Of a DNA stretch of 64,000 nucleotides, positions 1 to 8,844 are shown piece by piece (the first letter of the stretch is position 1; each line of letters opens with the position of its first letter). The stretch comes from Nitrospirota bacterium (GTDB taxonomy: Bacteria; Nitrospirota; UBA9217), in the NCBI GenBank assembly GCA_963754875.1, contig CAVWHO010000021.1:96001-160000 (forward strand), written 5' to 3'. The notes beneath the pieces are model-generated. The model was not told where the DNA came from. It saw only the letters and a list, made by a program, of their open reading frames with translations, and made no database searches. A program made the translations under genes and the position numbers.

Positions 1-908
1 TCGTGATCTCAAGACTGTTCTGGACAAGCTTTTGGACACTTTGAGGACACTGTCCGCAAACGCCAAAGACGCACAGGATAAAAAAATGAAAGGGATCAGC
101 CTTGTAGGCGGATCGGCATTTATGACTACGGCTGCCCTCTGTCTTTTCAGCATTCTCGTGGGCGCCGTGGCCGGTCTGGTGGTGACCCATCACATTTCTT
201 CATCCATCCATAAATTGAAAGAAGCAACGGAGCATATTGCCGAAGGCGATTTCGATTACGATCCCCGTATCACGTACTGAGGATGAGATCGGCAGCCTTT
301 CCCAGGCATTTCTCGCCATGGGAAAACGGCTCCGCAAATTGGAAGAGATGTACCTTGATGCAAGTCCTCTCACACGACTGCCGGGGGGCATCGCCATCGA
401 GAACGTACTGAAAAAAAGGCTGGATTCCGGCCAGCCGGTCGCCTTCTGCGTCCTCGACCTCGACAATTTCAAAGCATTCAATGACCGATACGGTTATGCA
501 AACGGCAGCGAGGTCATCAAGGAAACTGCCAAGATCATCGAGAATGTGGTCAAGTCCAAAGGCACGTCCGAAGATTTTATCGGCCATGTAGGGGGCGACG
601 ACTTCGTCGTCATCACCTCCCCCGATCATATGCGGGAGATTGCCGGTGAGATCATTAACCAGTTTGACCGGCGGATCCCCGAATATTACGATGTCGCTGA
701 CCGACAGCGCGGTTACATCCTCGGGAAGACGAGACAGGGCATTGAAATGGAGTTCCCTATTATGACCATATCCATCGCCATTGTGACGAATGAGCATCGG
801 CAGCTTGTTAACCCCCTTGAAGCATCGGAAATTGCCGCCGAGCTGAAGGATTATGCTAAGACCATCCCGAAAAGTGTTTTTGTCGTGGACAAGAGGAGGA
901 GTGGGTGA
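1..908 (+). CDS. Membrane HAMP-GGDEF dinucleotide cyclase (5' end outside the window; 1-nt frameshift near 272)
   Basis: ORF 32..280 gives a TM helix and the HAMP start (ISSSIHKLKEATEHIAEGDFD). ORF 237..908 continues RTEDEIGSLSQAF, then DASPLTRLPG, DLDNFKAFNDRYG and GHVGGDDF. Removing one base near 272 joins them. Confidence 0.85.
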
Positions 909-1345
909 AGAAGATTCTGGTGCTGATTGCAGTGATTGCGCTGGCGGGATGTGCTTCGTTCAAGGTCGCGTCCGCCCCTGACGAAGACTTTCAGGCTGCC
1001 GCTGCCGCGGTAAAAGAAAAGAGATATCAAGAGGCTGTCACGATGTTCAAAAATATTCTTGTTCAATCGCCCCAATCGGACGTGGCTGCGGACGCCCAGT
1101 TCCAGATCGCCTATGTGCAGACGTTGTATGACAACCCGCAGAAAGACTATGGGAAAGCCTTACAGAGTTTTGACGAGTTCATCGAGCGTTATCCGGGGCA
1201 CGCGAAGTTATCGGATGCGGAGAACTGGCGCTTCATTCTGAAGACAATGCTCGACCTGAAGAAAGAAAATGACCGTCTGAACAGAAGCATTGAACAGTTG
1301 AAAAAACTCGATATCAGGCATGAGGAAAAGAGGAGGGCGAGGTAA
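905..1345 (+). CDS. Lipoprotein with TPR/BamD-like repeats and a C-terminal coiled coil
   Basis: Lipobox LAGC; TPR-like segments YQEAVTMFKNILVQSPQS and ALQSFDEFIERYPG; GTG start overlaps the GGDEF stop. Confidence 0.75.
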   Translation: MKKILVLIAVIALAGCASFKVASAPDEDFQAAAAAVKEKRYQEAVTMFKNILVQSPQSDVAADAQFQIAYVQTLYDNPQKDYGKALQSFDEFIERYPGHAKLSDAENWRFILKTMLDLKKENDRLNRSIEQLKKLDIRHEEKRRAR

Positions 1346-1398
1346 GTAAAGGACGAAAGTGGGCGCAGGGAACCAATACGAAAGGGCAGAGGCACTCA

Positions 1399-2253
1399 CT
1401 ACTTTCTTTGTACAATAAAATTACTCGTTGTCTTTATCTTTCCGCCAGCAATGATATAAAATGTCCCACCGTAGGGGTCCGTTGGGATGTCGTGAATTAT
1501 ACCCTTTTTGACCAATTCGTCCAAACTATGCGGAAAGCGTTTAAATCTGTTACGGTATAGTTCTGTCGCCCGTTCAAGATAAAACACTTTCCGTAACGCA
1601 TTGAGACGCAGACCATAAATATATCGTGTCGGTTCATCGTGAGTGTTTCTTAGTATATTATCGAGAAAATCAATGGCGCTTTCTGTTTCCCCTCCTGCCT
1701 GTGCTAATCGCGCCGCAAGAGACGGAACCAGGCCTCCCCCTCCCCCTGGCCGTTTGGCCGCTTCCATGAGGAACTGGGAAGCTTTTCGATTATCATGCTT
1801 AAAATAAAAGTAATTAAATCCCAAATAGTACGGTAGCGTCCAATCCCAGGCCCTTGCATTCACTCCCTTTTCCAGCAAAGCGTCAGCCTCATCGATTTTA
1901 TCTGCCTGCCATGCAAGAGCGGTGGATCCGAGATAATAGGGGTCATTGAAAAACGGGTCCATATCCGTTGAAGCATTTATCGTGCGGCCAAACCACTCCC
2001 ATTCCTTTTCCGTCAGCTTTTCCGTCCGAAGGATTTTCCCGCCGTAAAACATATAGGCTTTAAAAAAAATTAAATCAGAAAAAAGACCCTGGAAATCAAG
2101 CGCCACGATCTTCGCAACGACGGGAGACATGACCTCTTCCAATCCCGCTTCGTGACTGAGATCCTGTCTTTCCTGGGAAAGTTCCCCTATAACGACGGAA
2201 ATGCCAGCCAGAGCGATGAACGCGATGAATAGGGAAATAAGAAACGAACGCAT
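1399..2253 (-). CDS. Pilin-cluster accessory protein (Myxococcus PilG / Geobacter Xap-like)
   Basis: N-terminal TM helix, DPFFNDPYY, TPR-like middle, C-terminal FPHSLDELV..IPTDPYGG; last gene of the pilin-ABC operon. Confidence 0.55.
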   Translation of the reverse strand: MRSFLISLFIAFIALAGISVVIGELSQERQDLSHEAGLEEVMSPVVAKIVALDFQGLFSDLIFFKAYMFYGGKILRTEKLTEKEWEWFGRTINASTDMDPFFNDPYYLGSTALAWQADKIDEADALLEKGVNARAWDWTLPYYLGFNYFYFKHDNRKASQFLMEAAKRPGGGGGLVPSLAARLAQAGGETESAIDFLDNILRNTHDEPTRYIYGLRLNALRKVFYLERATELYRNRFKRFPHSLDELVKKGIIHDIPTDPYGGTFYIIAGGKIKTTSNFIVQRK

Positions 2254-3062
2254 CAGGGGAATTCCCTCCTCCTGAATATCAGGCTGCTTGCGGTAACAGC
2301 GATAGTCATATAGAAAACCGCGTAGAATAGTACCAAGAGCAAATAGCCGGAACTGACCGGGATGCCGTGCGCGGCCTGTGTCTTTAAATCAAATGCCGGG
2401 AGATTGGGGAACAGGTAGTACGTTATGTTCACTATCGTCTTAAGAATCGGGTTAACTTCCCCTACTTCCGCCGATGAGGCAATAAGCGCTTTCACCCCCT
2501 CGGCGGACTGGCCGATGACATAAACGACCAGCGATAGGACAAGGGTAATGAAGGAATTGGAGGTAAATGATGCAAAAAACGTTATGACAGAGGAGATGAT
2601 GGCTAGTTTAAGAAAAATATAAAACGCAGCAACAGCAAAAATCTGCCAGCTGAACCGGGTTTCCTGTGAGAAATAGAAATGTTTGCTCAAGACAACCGGC
2701 ACCGAGGAAAGAAGTCCGAGGAAAATCACAACCACGAGCAGCAGAAAAAATATCCCGAAAAATTTTCCGATAATATATTCAGCGCGCGATACAGGACGGG
2801 AGATGACCATATAGATAGTTCTTTTGTCAAGGTCCTTGCTATAGAGGTTCACGCCGACGAATAGGATAGTAAGAAGACCGGCCACGGTGAGGGTGGAAAG
2901 ACTCATATCGACCGCGACCTTGACCACATCTCTCATGAAGAGTGTTGTAATGACCGCTGTTGCGGCAAAAAGAAGGAGTGCAATGATAAATATGCCGAAG
3001 ATGACCCGGTTCTTGATCCCCTCCCTGAACGTGATAGCGGTAACAGGCCAGATGTTCTTCAT
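2253..3062 (-). CDS. ABC-2 type permease (PilI-like)
   Basis: Several TM helices, KDLDKRTIYMVISRPVSRAEYIIGKF, C-terminal IFRRREF; follows an ABC ATPase in a pilin locus. Confidence 0.8.
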   Translation of the reverse strand: MKNIWPVTAITFREGIKNRVIFGIFIIALLLFAATAVITTLFMRDVVKVAVDMSLSTLTVAGLLTILFVGVNLYSKDLDKRTIYMVISRPVSRAEYIIGKFFGIFFLLLVVVIFLGLLSSVPVVLSKHFYFSQETRFSWQIFAVAAFYIFLKLAIISSVITFFASFTSNSFITLVLSLVVYVIGQSAEGVKALIASSAEVGEVNPILKTIVNITYYLFPNLPAFDLKTQAAHGIPVSSGYLLLVLFYAVFYMTIAVTASSLIFRRREFP

Positions 3063-3826
3063 TGCCGGATTCCTCCTGCGCGTTCCACTTCCCGAATGAA
3101 CAGATTCTCAAGCGACATCGTGAGCGGCTCTGTGCGTATGTCTATCAGGCGGACCAGCACGCCATTGACCAGCATCCCGACCCTGTCACACACACGCTCG
3201 ATATCCTCGAGGATATGGGAACTGAAGAAGACCGTCTTCCCCTCGGTCTTCAGCTTCAGGATAAGATCGATCGTCTGCTTCCGGCCGATAGGGTCCAAAC
3301 CGGTCATCGGTTCGTCCAGGATAACGATTTTTGGATCATGAATAAGCGCAAGGGCAAGACCCGCCCGCTGTACCATCCCTTTTGAAAAATGACGAATCGC
3401 TCGCTTTCTGTCATTCCAGAGACCGACTGTGTTTAATACGGTTTCCGATCTTTCATGTATGCTTTCTCGGGTCATCGCCGACGTCTTCCCGGCAAAATTC
3501 AATAATTCCAAGGGCGTTAAATAATCATAGAAATACGGGTTTTCTGGAAGATACCCTACAGTCTTTCTGACTCGCGAATCGTTGACTGCAACGCCTAATA
3601 TCTTCGCGCTTCCTGAGGTTGGGAAAATAAGGTGTAGAAGGATCTTTATGGCCGTCGACTTCCCTGCTCCGTTAGGACCCAAAAAGCCGAAAACCTCACC
3701 CTCCTCTATCTCGAGAGAAAAATTTTTGAGGGCATCCTTTCTTTTCTTAAAACCGAGTTTGTACTGCTTTGAAACCTCATGAAATGAAATTATCCCCATA
3801 AATGCATCTCCCGGTACTCCCTCCAT
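3059..3826 (-). CDS. ABC transporter ATP-binding protein (PilH/XapD-like)
   Basis: Walker A GPNGAGKST, signature FSKGM, Walker B ILDEP, SSH switch. Confidence 0.9.
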   Translation of the reverse strand: MEGVPGDAFMGIISFHEVSKQYKLGFKKRKDALKNFSLEIEEGEVFGFLGPNGAGKSTAIKILLHLIFPTSGSAKILGVAVNDSRVRKTVGYLPENPYFYDYLTPLELLNFAGKTSAMTRESIHERSETVLNTVGLWNDRKRAIRHFSKGMVQRAGLALALIHDPKIVILDEPMTGLDPIGRKQTIDLILKLKTEGKTVFFSSHILEDIERVCDRVGMLVNGVLVRLIDIRTEPLTMSLENLFIREVERAGGIRQ

Positions 3827-3837
3827 GTACCTTTTAC

Positions 3838-5136
3838 TTAATGTCTTGCAGCTGTGGACGCCTGTGTTACTGAACGTATTTTTTCAGATTGGTCCGCGCA
3901 TTCCTGTGATTTCGTGAACAGACCACGTTTTTTATAAAGAATGCTGAGCTCCTTATAGGCATCGGCATAGTCTTTCTTTATTTCGATTGCCCGCTCAAGC
4001 TCCCTCGTTGCCTGGTCCAAACGGCCCTGTACTGAATAGAGGATGCCCAGATTGTAATGAGCTTTGGCAAAATCCGGTTTTTGCTTTATCGACTGCAGGT
4101 ATTCATTCTTTGCCCGCTCCAATAATCCCAGTCGCGAGAACGCAAAGCCAAGGTTGTTATGAGCCTCCGGAAAATCAGGCCTGATCCGTATCGCACTCTT
4201 ATATGACCGGACGGCATCATCCGGTTTTTCAAGTTTCATGTACGTCAGCCCCAAACCGTTGTACGGCTCGGCATAATCGGATTTTAATCGCAGCGCCTCG
4301 CTGAACTCCTTCAGAGCGGAATCCAGACGGCCGGTGGCACTATATACGGTACCAAGACCGTTATGGGCTTGCCAGAAGTCGGGCTTCAGCCGTACTGCCT
4401 CCCGGAACTCCTTCAAAGCGAGTCCGGCGTTGCCTGTCTGAATATATGCTTCACCAAGATTGTAGCGCGCGTCAACGAAATCCGGTTTAAGGGCTACAGC
4501 GATTTTCAACTCCTCGATCATCCGTTCACGCATCTCTTTATGTTCGAAAATCGCCGCAATATTGTTATGCGCCTCTGCCATGGCGGGATCTATTCGAATC
4601 GCCGTGAGGCATTGGTCTTCGGCCTCTTGGTATCGCCTGCGTTTCTGGTTTAGAAGGCACAAATTATTGTATGCCATAGCATAGCGGGGGTCCTGTTTGA
4701 TTGCAAGAAATAATTCCTGTTCAGCCTTGTCAAACGACCCGGTTTGAATATACATGAAGCCGAGATTGGCATGTGCAGCGGGAAAAACAGGCCGAAGTTG
4801 GATAGCGGCACTAAATGAATCTATTGCCTCGGTCAATGACCCGGATTTCCCATATTCGGCGCCAAGATTATTGTACGCTTCGGCATCCGAGGGATTAATC
4901 GAAAGGGCAGACCTGAACTGTGCGACAGCCTCTTTTTTCATCCCCCATAGGGAATAAGCCCTGCCTAAATTGGTGAGTACACGTGATTTGTTCGGAGATT
5001 TTTGAGCAGTGTCAGACCATAACGAATATTCATTCTTCCACACTGCATTGCGAATGACACTCGAAAGTATAAGCGCCGCCAGTATGCAAATATAAATGAA
5101 AATTCTCTTAGTCATCCATGGATTATTCAATAGCAC
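3838..5136 (-). CDS. TPR protein resembling the C-terminal half of TMTC-like glycosyltransferases
   Basis: One TM helix, then RNAVWKNEYSLWSDTAQKSP, then about 10 TPRs (AHNNLG/AYNNLG). Confidence 0.8.
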   Translation of the reverse strand: MLLNNPWMTKRIFIYICILAALILSSVIRNAVWKNEYSLWSDTAQKSPNKSRVLTNLGRAYSLWGMKKEAVAQFRSALSINPSDAEAYNNLGAEYGKSGSLTEAIDSFSAAIQLRPVFPAAHANLGFMYIQTGSFDKAEQELFLAIKQDPRYAMAYNNLCLLNQKRRRYQEAEDQCLTAIRIDPAMAEAHNNIAAIFEHKEMRERMIEELKIAVALKPDFVDARYNLGEAYIQTGNAGLALKEFREAVRLKPDFWQAHNGLGTVYSATGRLDSALKEFSEALRLKSDYAEPYNGLGLTYMKLEKPDDAVRSYKSAIRIRPDFPEAHNNLGFAFSRLGLLERAKNEYLQSIKQKPDFAKAHYNLGILYSVQGRLDQATRELERAIEIKKDYADAYKELSILYKKRGLFTKSQECADQSEKIRSVTQASTAARH

Positions 5137-5171
5137 TCAAGATCACCCTGATCAGGATATTGTCAGATAAT

Positions 5172-5202
5172 AAAAAGCGCTGCAAGGAAGACCTTGCAGC
5201 GC
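5172..5202 (-). terminator. Intrinsic terminator after pilA
   Basis: Perfect 11-bp stem gcgctgcaagg-aaga-ccttgcagcgc, followed on the minus strand by a T tract (aaaaa at 5172-5176 on plus). Confidence 0.85.
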
Positions 5203-5226
5203 CGAAGAAGCTTGTTTTAAGTTTAC

Positions 5227-5823
5227 TTACATCTGGATCCAGGTCGGTGCAGAAAAATCCTGTATTCCCACTTGTACAGTAACACTATCAATGTCGCTGT
5301 TTTGACATTTACCGGCCACAGTACAGGGTTTTCTCCAGAGAGCCGTATAATCACTCTCAGCACCATACGCCGTGTCACCTGCGAGATTTGCCGTTGTCAA
5401 AGAAGTCGCAGAGTTCGGAGTTGTGCTGCCGGTATGGGTGCCGGTTATGCCACCTATATCTGTAGCTGCGACAGCCCCAACTTTCGGGGACAGGGACACA
5501 GTGGTGGAAACTGTCGTCGTGATGGCGCCAACAAGTACTAAGACGCCGGCGCCGCTGCCGGCGGTGTCGGTTCCATTAATGACACCTTCACTCGTTCCAG
5601 ATCCATAGTCCTGGAAGTCTGAAAACATTGCCTCTTCCGTGGTCCTCATGTTTCTCAAATCTGAGTCAGCTGCGGCGTTATAACCCCTCCTGCGGTAAGA
5701 AGCAAACTGCGGAATAGCGATGGCGGCGAGAATCGCGATAATGGCCACCACGATCAGGAGCTCAATAAGGGTGAAACCTTTGTTACCACTTTTGCTGCAA
5801 AACATATGTACTTTTTTCAACAT
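5227..5823 (-). CDS. pilA: Type IVa major pilin, long form with a Ser/Thr-rich C-terminal domain
   Basis: Prepilin site KG/FTLIELLIVVAIIAILAAIAIPQF; ATG at 5823 preceded by GGGAG; C-terminal Cys pair. The frame stays open upstream to a TTG at 5925. Confidence 0.92.
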   Translation of the reverse strand: MLKKVHMFCSKSGNKGFTLIELLIVVAIIAILAAIAIPQFASYRRRGYNAAADSDLRNMRTTEEAMFSDFQDYGSGTSEGVINGTDTAGSGAGVLVLVGAITTTVSTTVSLSPKVGAVAATDIGGITGTHTGSTTPNSATSLTTANLAGDTAYGAESDYTALWRKPCTVAGKCQNSDIDSVTVQVGIQDFSAPTWIQM

Positions 5824-5957
5824 GATTTTCCTCCCATAAAATTGTTTTGAAGTTCTTGAATGTTTATCGTTTACTTTTGTCCTTTTTATCTTAAGGCCGC
5901 TATGGGATATTTCACCTCCTTTCAAAGTGCCTCAAGTGTTTTCTTTTGCCTTTATGT

Positions 5958-5973
5958 TGCAGTATACATGCCA
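5958..5973 (-). promoter_or_regulatory. Sigma54 -24/-12 promoter of pilA
   Basis: Minus strand TGGCATGTATACTGCA has exact GG-N10-GC spacing. Confidence 0.8.
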
Positions 5974-5989
5974 TATTAATATATAGTTT

Positions 5990-6002
5990 TTTCAATATGT
6001 TA
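5990..6002 (+). promoter_or_regulatory. IHF-like site between the sigma54 promoter and the enhancer
   Basis: TTTCAATATGTTA has 1 mismatch to WATCAANNNNTTR and lies in an AT-rich tract. Confidence 0.45.
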
Positions 6003-6034
6003 AATTGGTATTTACATCATAAAGAGACCCTAAA

Positions 6035-6051
6035 TGTCACAGCTGGTGACA
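6035..6051. promoter_or_regulatory. Enhancer-binding-protein site (PilR-like)
   Basis: Palindrome TGTCAC-agctg-GTGACA (TGT-N11-ACA) about 60 bp upstream of the sigma54 promoter; extra TGTCA/TGACA half-sites follow. Confidence 0.6.
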
Positions 6052-6073
6052 AAATATGTCAGCTATTGCGGTC

Positions 6074-6102
6074 TTGACAATGGCGTACTCGGATGGTAGC
6101 AT
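6074..6102 (+). promoter_or_regulatory. Sigma70-type promoter for the deaminase/mqn genes
   Basis: TTGACA-17 nt-TAGCAT, 15 nt before ATG 6118; very short leader with no clear SD. Confidence 0.55.
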
Positions 6103-6117
6103 CAGGCACTTCTTCTC

Positions 6118-7338
6118 ATGATCATAACCTGCAAAAAACTGGTCTTTACTAAGCTAAACGCTCAGATGATCGATAAGGGCGCAGTGGTAGTTGAAAAGGG
6201 GGCCATCCTCTCTGTCGGTACTTCGGAACGAATAATAAATAAGTACCCCGGACATCGTGTATATCGATTGGATAACGCGGTCCTTATGCCGGGGCTCGTC
6301 AATCTTCACACCCATCTCGAACTACCTCCCCTCCTCGATGCTATTAGAGCGAAGACGTTTCCTGACTGGGTTCTGAATCTCATTCGCAGGAAAAAGAACT
6401 TAAAAGACGAGGATTACTTATCTGCGGTACATGATAATATCGACACGCTTATCCGCACCGGCACAACCACGGTCGGCGAGATCTGCACGCACGGTGTAAG
6501 TCCTGTTTTGCTCAGACAACGAGGTCTCAGAGCCATTGAGTTCCGAGAAATCATCTTCATGTCCGGTCGCGATACCAATCCCCTTCCCGCCTTTGCCAAA
6601 AGGGGGGCAGGGGTATTGGTGCAATCCGGACTTTCTCCTCATACACCGTATACCGTCTCTGAAGCCGCATTGCGCCGTATTGCGGTAATGAGCCAAAAGA
6701 AGAACATTCACCTCGCAATGCATGTTGCGGAATCAAAGGACGAGATCAGGCTGTTGCAGAGGAAGAAAAGCGGGCTTGAAAAATTGTATCGATTCGCAAA
6801 CTGGGACAGTGACTGGGCACCATCCGGGTCTTCGTCCTTCGATTACCTGAACAGAATCGGTTTTCTCTCCCCTCACCTGCTGGCAGTCCATGCCGTCCAG
6901 GTGACGGACAAAGATATTATGTTGATCAAAAAATCAAAAACATCCGTCGCACACTGCCCGCGCAGCAACAAGGAGCTCGGTGTCGGAAGAATGCCATTGA
7001 AAAAATTTTTGGACGCTGGCATCCCTATTGGTCTCGGGACCGACAGTCTGGCAAGCTCGCCCAGTTTAAACATGTGGGATGAGATGCGATATGCGTACAA
7101 GATACACCGTAGCGATGGCATCGTGCCCCTTGATATTTTCAAGATGGCAACCATTGGCGGGGCGAAAGCACTCGGCATGGACAAAGAGATAGGATCACTT
7201 GCAGCAGGGAAAGGGGCGGACATTATTGCAGTGCCGCTGCCGAAAAAAAATACCGGAAATCTTTATTACGACTTGCTCAGAGAGACGGAATCCTGTATTA
7301 TGACCATGGTCAACGGGAAAATTATTTACGCGGTCTAA
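6118..7338 (+). CDS. Metal-dependent amidohydrolase, probable aminodeoxyfutalosine deaminase
   Basis: PGLVNLHTHLEL, SPHTPYTVS, HVAES, HCPRSN, GTDSLAS; upstream of mqnE and mqnC. Confidence 0.7.
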   Translation: MIITCKKLVFTKLNAQMIDKGAVVVEKGAILSVGTSERIINKYPGHRVYRLDNAVLMPGLVNLHTHLELPPLLDAIRAKTFPDWVLNLIRRKKNLKDEDYLSAVHDNIDTLIRTGTTTVGEICTHGVSPVLLRQRGLRAIEFREIIFMSGRDTNPLPAFAKRGAGVLVQSGLSPHTPYTVSEAALRRIAVMSQKKNIHLAMHVAESKDEIRLLQRKKSGLEKLYRFANWDSDWAPSGSSSFDYLNRIGFLSPHLLAVHAVQVTDKDIMLIKKSKTSVAHCPRSNKELGVGRMPLKKFLDAGIPIGLGTDSLASSPSLNMWDEMRYAYKIHRSDGIVPLDIFKMATIGGAKALGMDKEIGSLAAGKGADIIAVPLPKKNTGNLYYDLLRETESCIMTMVNGKIIYAV

Positions 7339-7360
7339 TCTTCTGCGCAAGGAGTACCTA

Positions 7361-7663
7361 ATGAAGCTACTGCACGCCGGATTCGGCATGTTGTTCCTGT
7401 CATTTCTCATCGTTGCATCTTGTAAAGACAACAACCCCGCACAACAATATGGCAACACATTGACACAGTCTTACAAAAACGCCCAGAACCTTGACAATAC
7501 GGTGAATCTTCAGGAGGTCCGGAAATCGATCCAGGAATTTTATGCCGCAAACGGCAGGTATCCTGCGGACCTCAATGAAGTAAGGGCATTTAACGGTATT
7601 ACACTCAAGAACGACCATTACAAGTATGACCCGGAGACCGGGGCGATAACAGAAAAACAGTAA
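7361..7663 (+). CDS. Small lipoprotein of unknown function
   Basis: RBS AAGGAG, hydrophobic signal with VASC lipobox, FYAANGRYPADL segment. Confidence 0.65.
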   Translation: MKLLHAGFGMLFLSFLIVASCKDNNPAQQYGNTLTQSYKNAQNLDNTVNLQEVRKSIQEFYAANGRYPADLNEVRAFNGITLKNDHYKYDPETGAITEKQ

Positions 7664-7709
7664 ATGTTACTATCCACTCAAGATAAGGGAATCAATATTA
7701 AATAATAAG

Positions 7710-8783
7710 ATGTCGATAGAACATATCAAAGAAAAAATTTTTTCCAGCAAACGTCTAACTCGTAAGGACGGACTCACCCTCTTTAAATCCAACGACCTCC
7801 TTGCTCTCGGCCGTATGGCCACGCATGTTGCGCAAAAAAAGAACGGGAACCGCGTGCATTTCGTTCGGAACATGCACATCAATCCTACGAATATCTGCGT
7901 CAACCGCTGCAAGTTCTGTGCGTTCAGCAGAAGCAAAGGCGAGCCGGGCGCATACGAGATGAGCATCGAGGACATTCTGAATAAAGCGCGCGGTGCTGAA
8001 AAAGGCGTGCGCGAGCTGCATATCGTCTCGGGCCTCCATCCCGACCTGCCGTTCGAGTGGTATCTTGATATGCTCGGGCGCTTAAGAAGGAATTCCCGAA
8101 AATACATCTGAAAGCGTTTACTGCCGTTGAGATCGATTATCTTACAAAGCTGTCGGGGCTGCAGTCTAACCGATACTCTTATCAAACTGAAAGAAGCGGG
8201 CCTCGGCTCTCTCCCCGGTGGCGGAGCAGAAATTTTTGACACTGCCGTCCGAAACACGCTGTGCGCCGAGAAGATCAGCGGCGATCGCTGGCTTGAGGTT
8301 ATCAGAACAGCACACAAGATCGGGCTCAAATCGAATGCAACAATGCTATACGGCCACATTGAGACTTATGAACATAGAATTGACCACCTGCTGAAACTCC
8401 GCGAGCTACAGGACAGAACCAGCGGTTTCCAGGCGTTTATTCCCTTGAGTTTCCATTCCCAAAACACAGAAATAAAAAAATCAGCTTACACGACGGGGTT
8501 CGACGATCTCAAGACGCTCGCGATCTCGCGGCTCATGCTCGATAACTTCGACCATATCAAGGCCTACTGGGTCATGCTCGGAGAGAAGATCGCCCAGGTC
8601 TCATTGAACTTCGGCGTTGATGATCTGGATGGGACCGTGGTTGAGGAACGCATCACCAAGGCTGCCGGCGGGACCACTGACGGCAGTTTGACCAAAGACG
8701 ATATTGTATATCTCATCAAACAGGCAGGACGTTCGCCGGTAGAGCGTGATACTGTTTATAATGTCGTGAAAGTCTGGAAGTAA
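7710..8783 (+). CDS. mqnE: Aminofutalosine synthase MqnE (radical SAM); two compensating indels near 8077 and 8158
   Basis: NPTNICVNRCKFCAF, ELHIVSGLHP, KAFTAVEI (shifted frame), LPGGGAEIF, NATMLYGH, HIKAYW, DGTVVEERI. Confidence 0.9.
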
Positions 8784-8844
8784 TTTTGGACCGAGCCGAC
8801 CGCGTCGGCGTAAGACGGCAACACGGTTGCCTTGATCCATAATC

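Noticed and set aside
3900..4990. Periodic DNA similarity as a repeat array or CRISPR
   Set aside because: It reflects 34-aa TPR coding repeats; there are no identical repeats with spacers and no cas genes.
5227..5823. Electrically conductive e-pilin
   Set aside because: The roughly 80-residue gap without F/W/Y and the low aromatic content do not fit the proposed criteria.
5985..6006. dif site (ATATGTTAAAT resembles the XerD arm)
   Set aside because: No XerC arm at the right spacing; better read as part of the IHF-like site.
8070..8160. In-frame TGA in mqnE as selenocysteine or readthrough
   Set aside because: The conserved KAFTAVEI segment is in a shifted frame; two compensating indels explain the stop.
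8795..8832. Two small hairpins between mqnE and mqnC
   Set aside because: 6-bp stems with no U tract and no recurrence seen; too weak to call.
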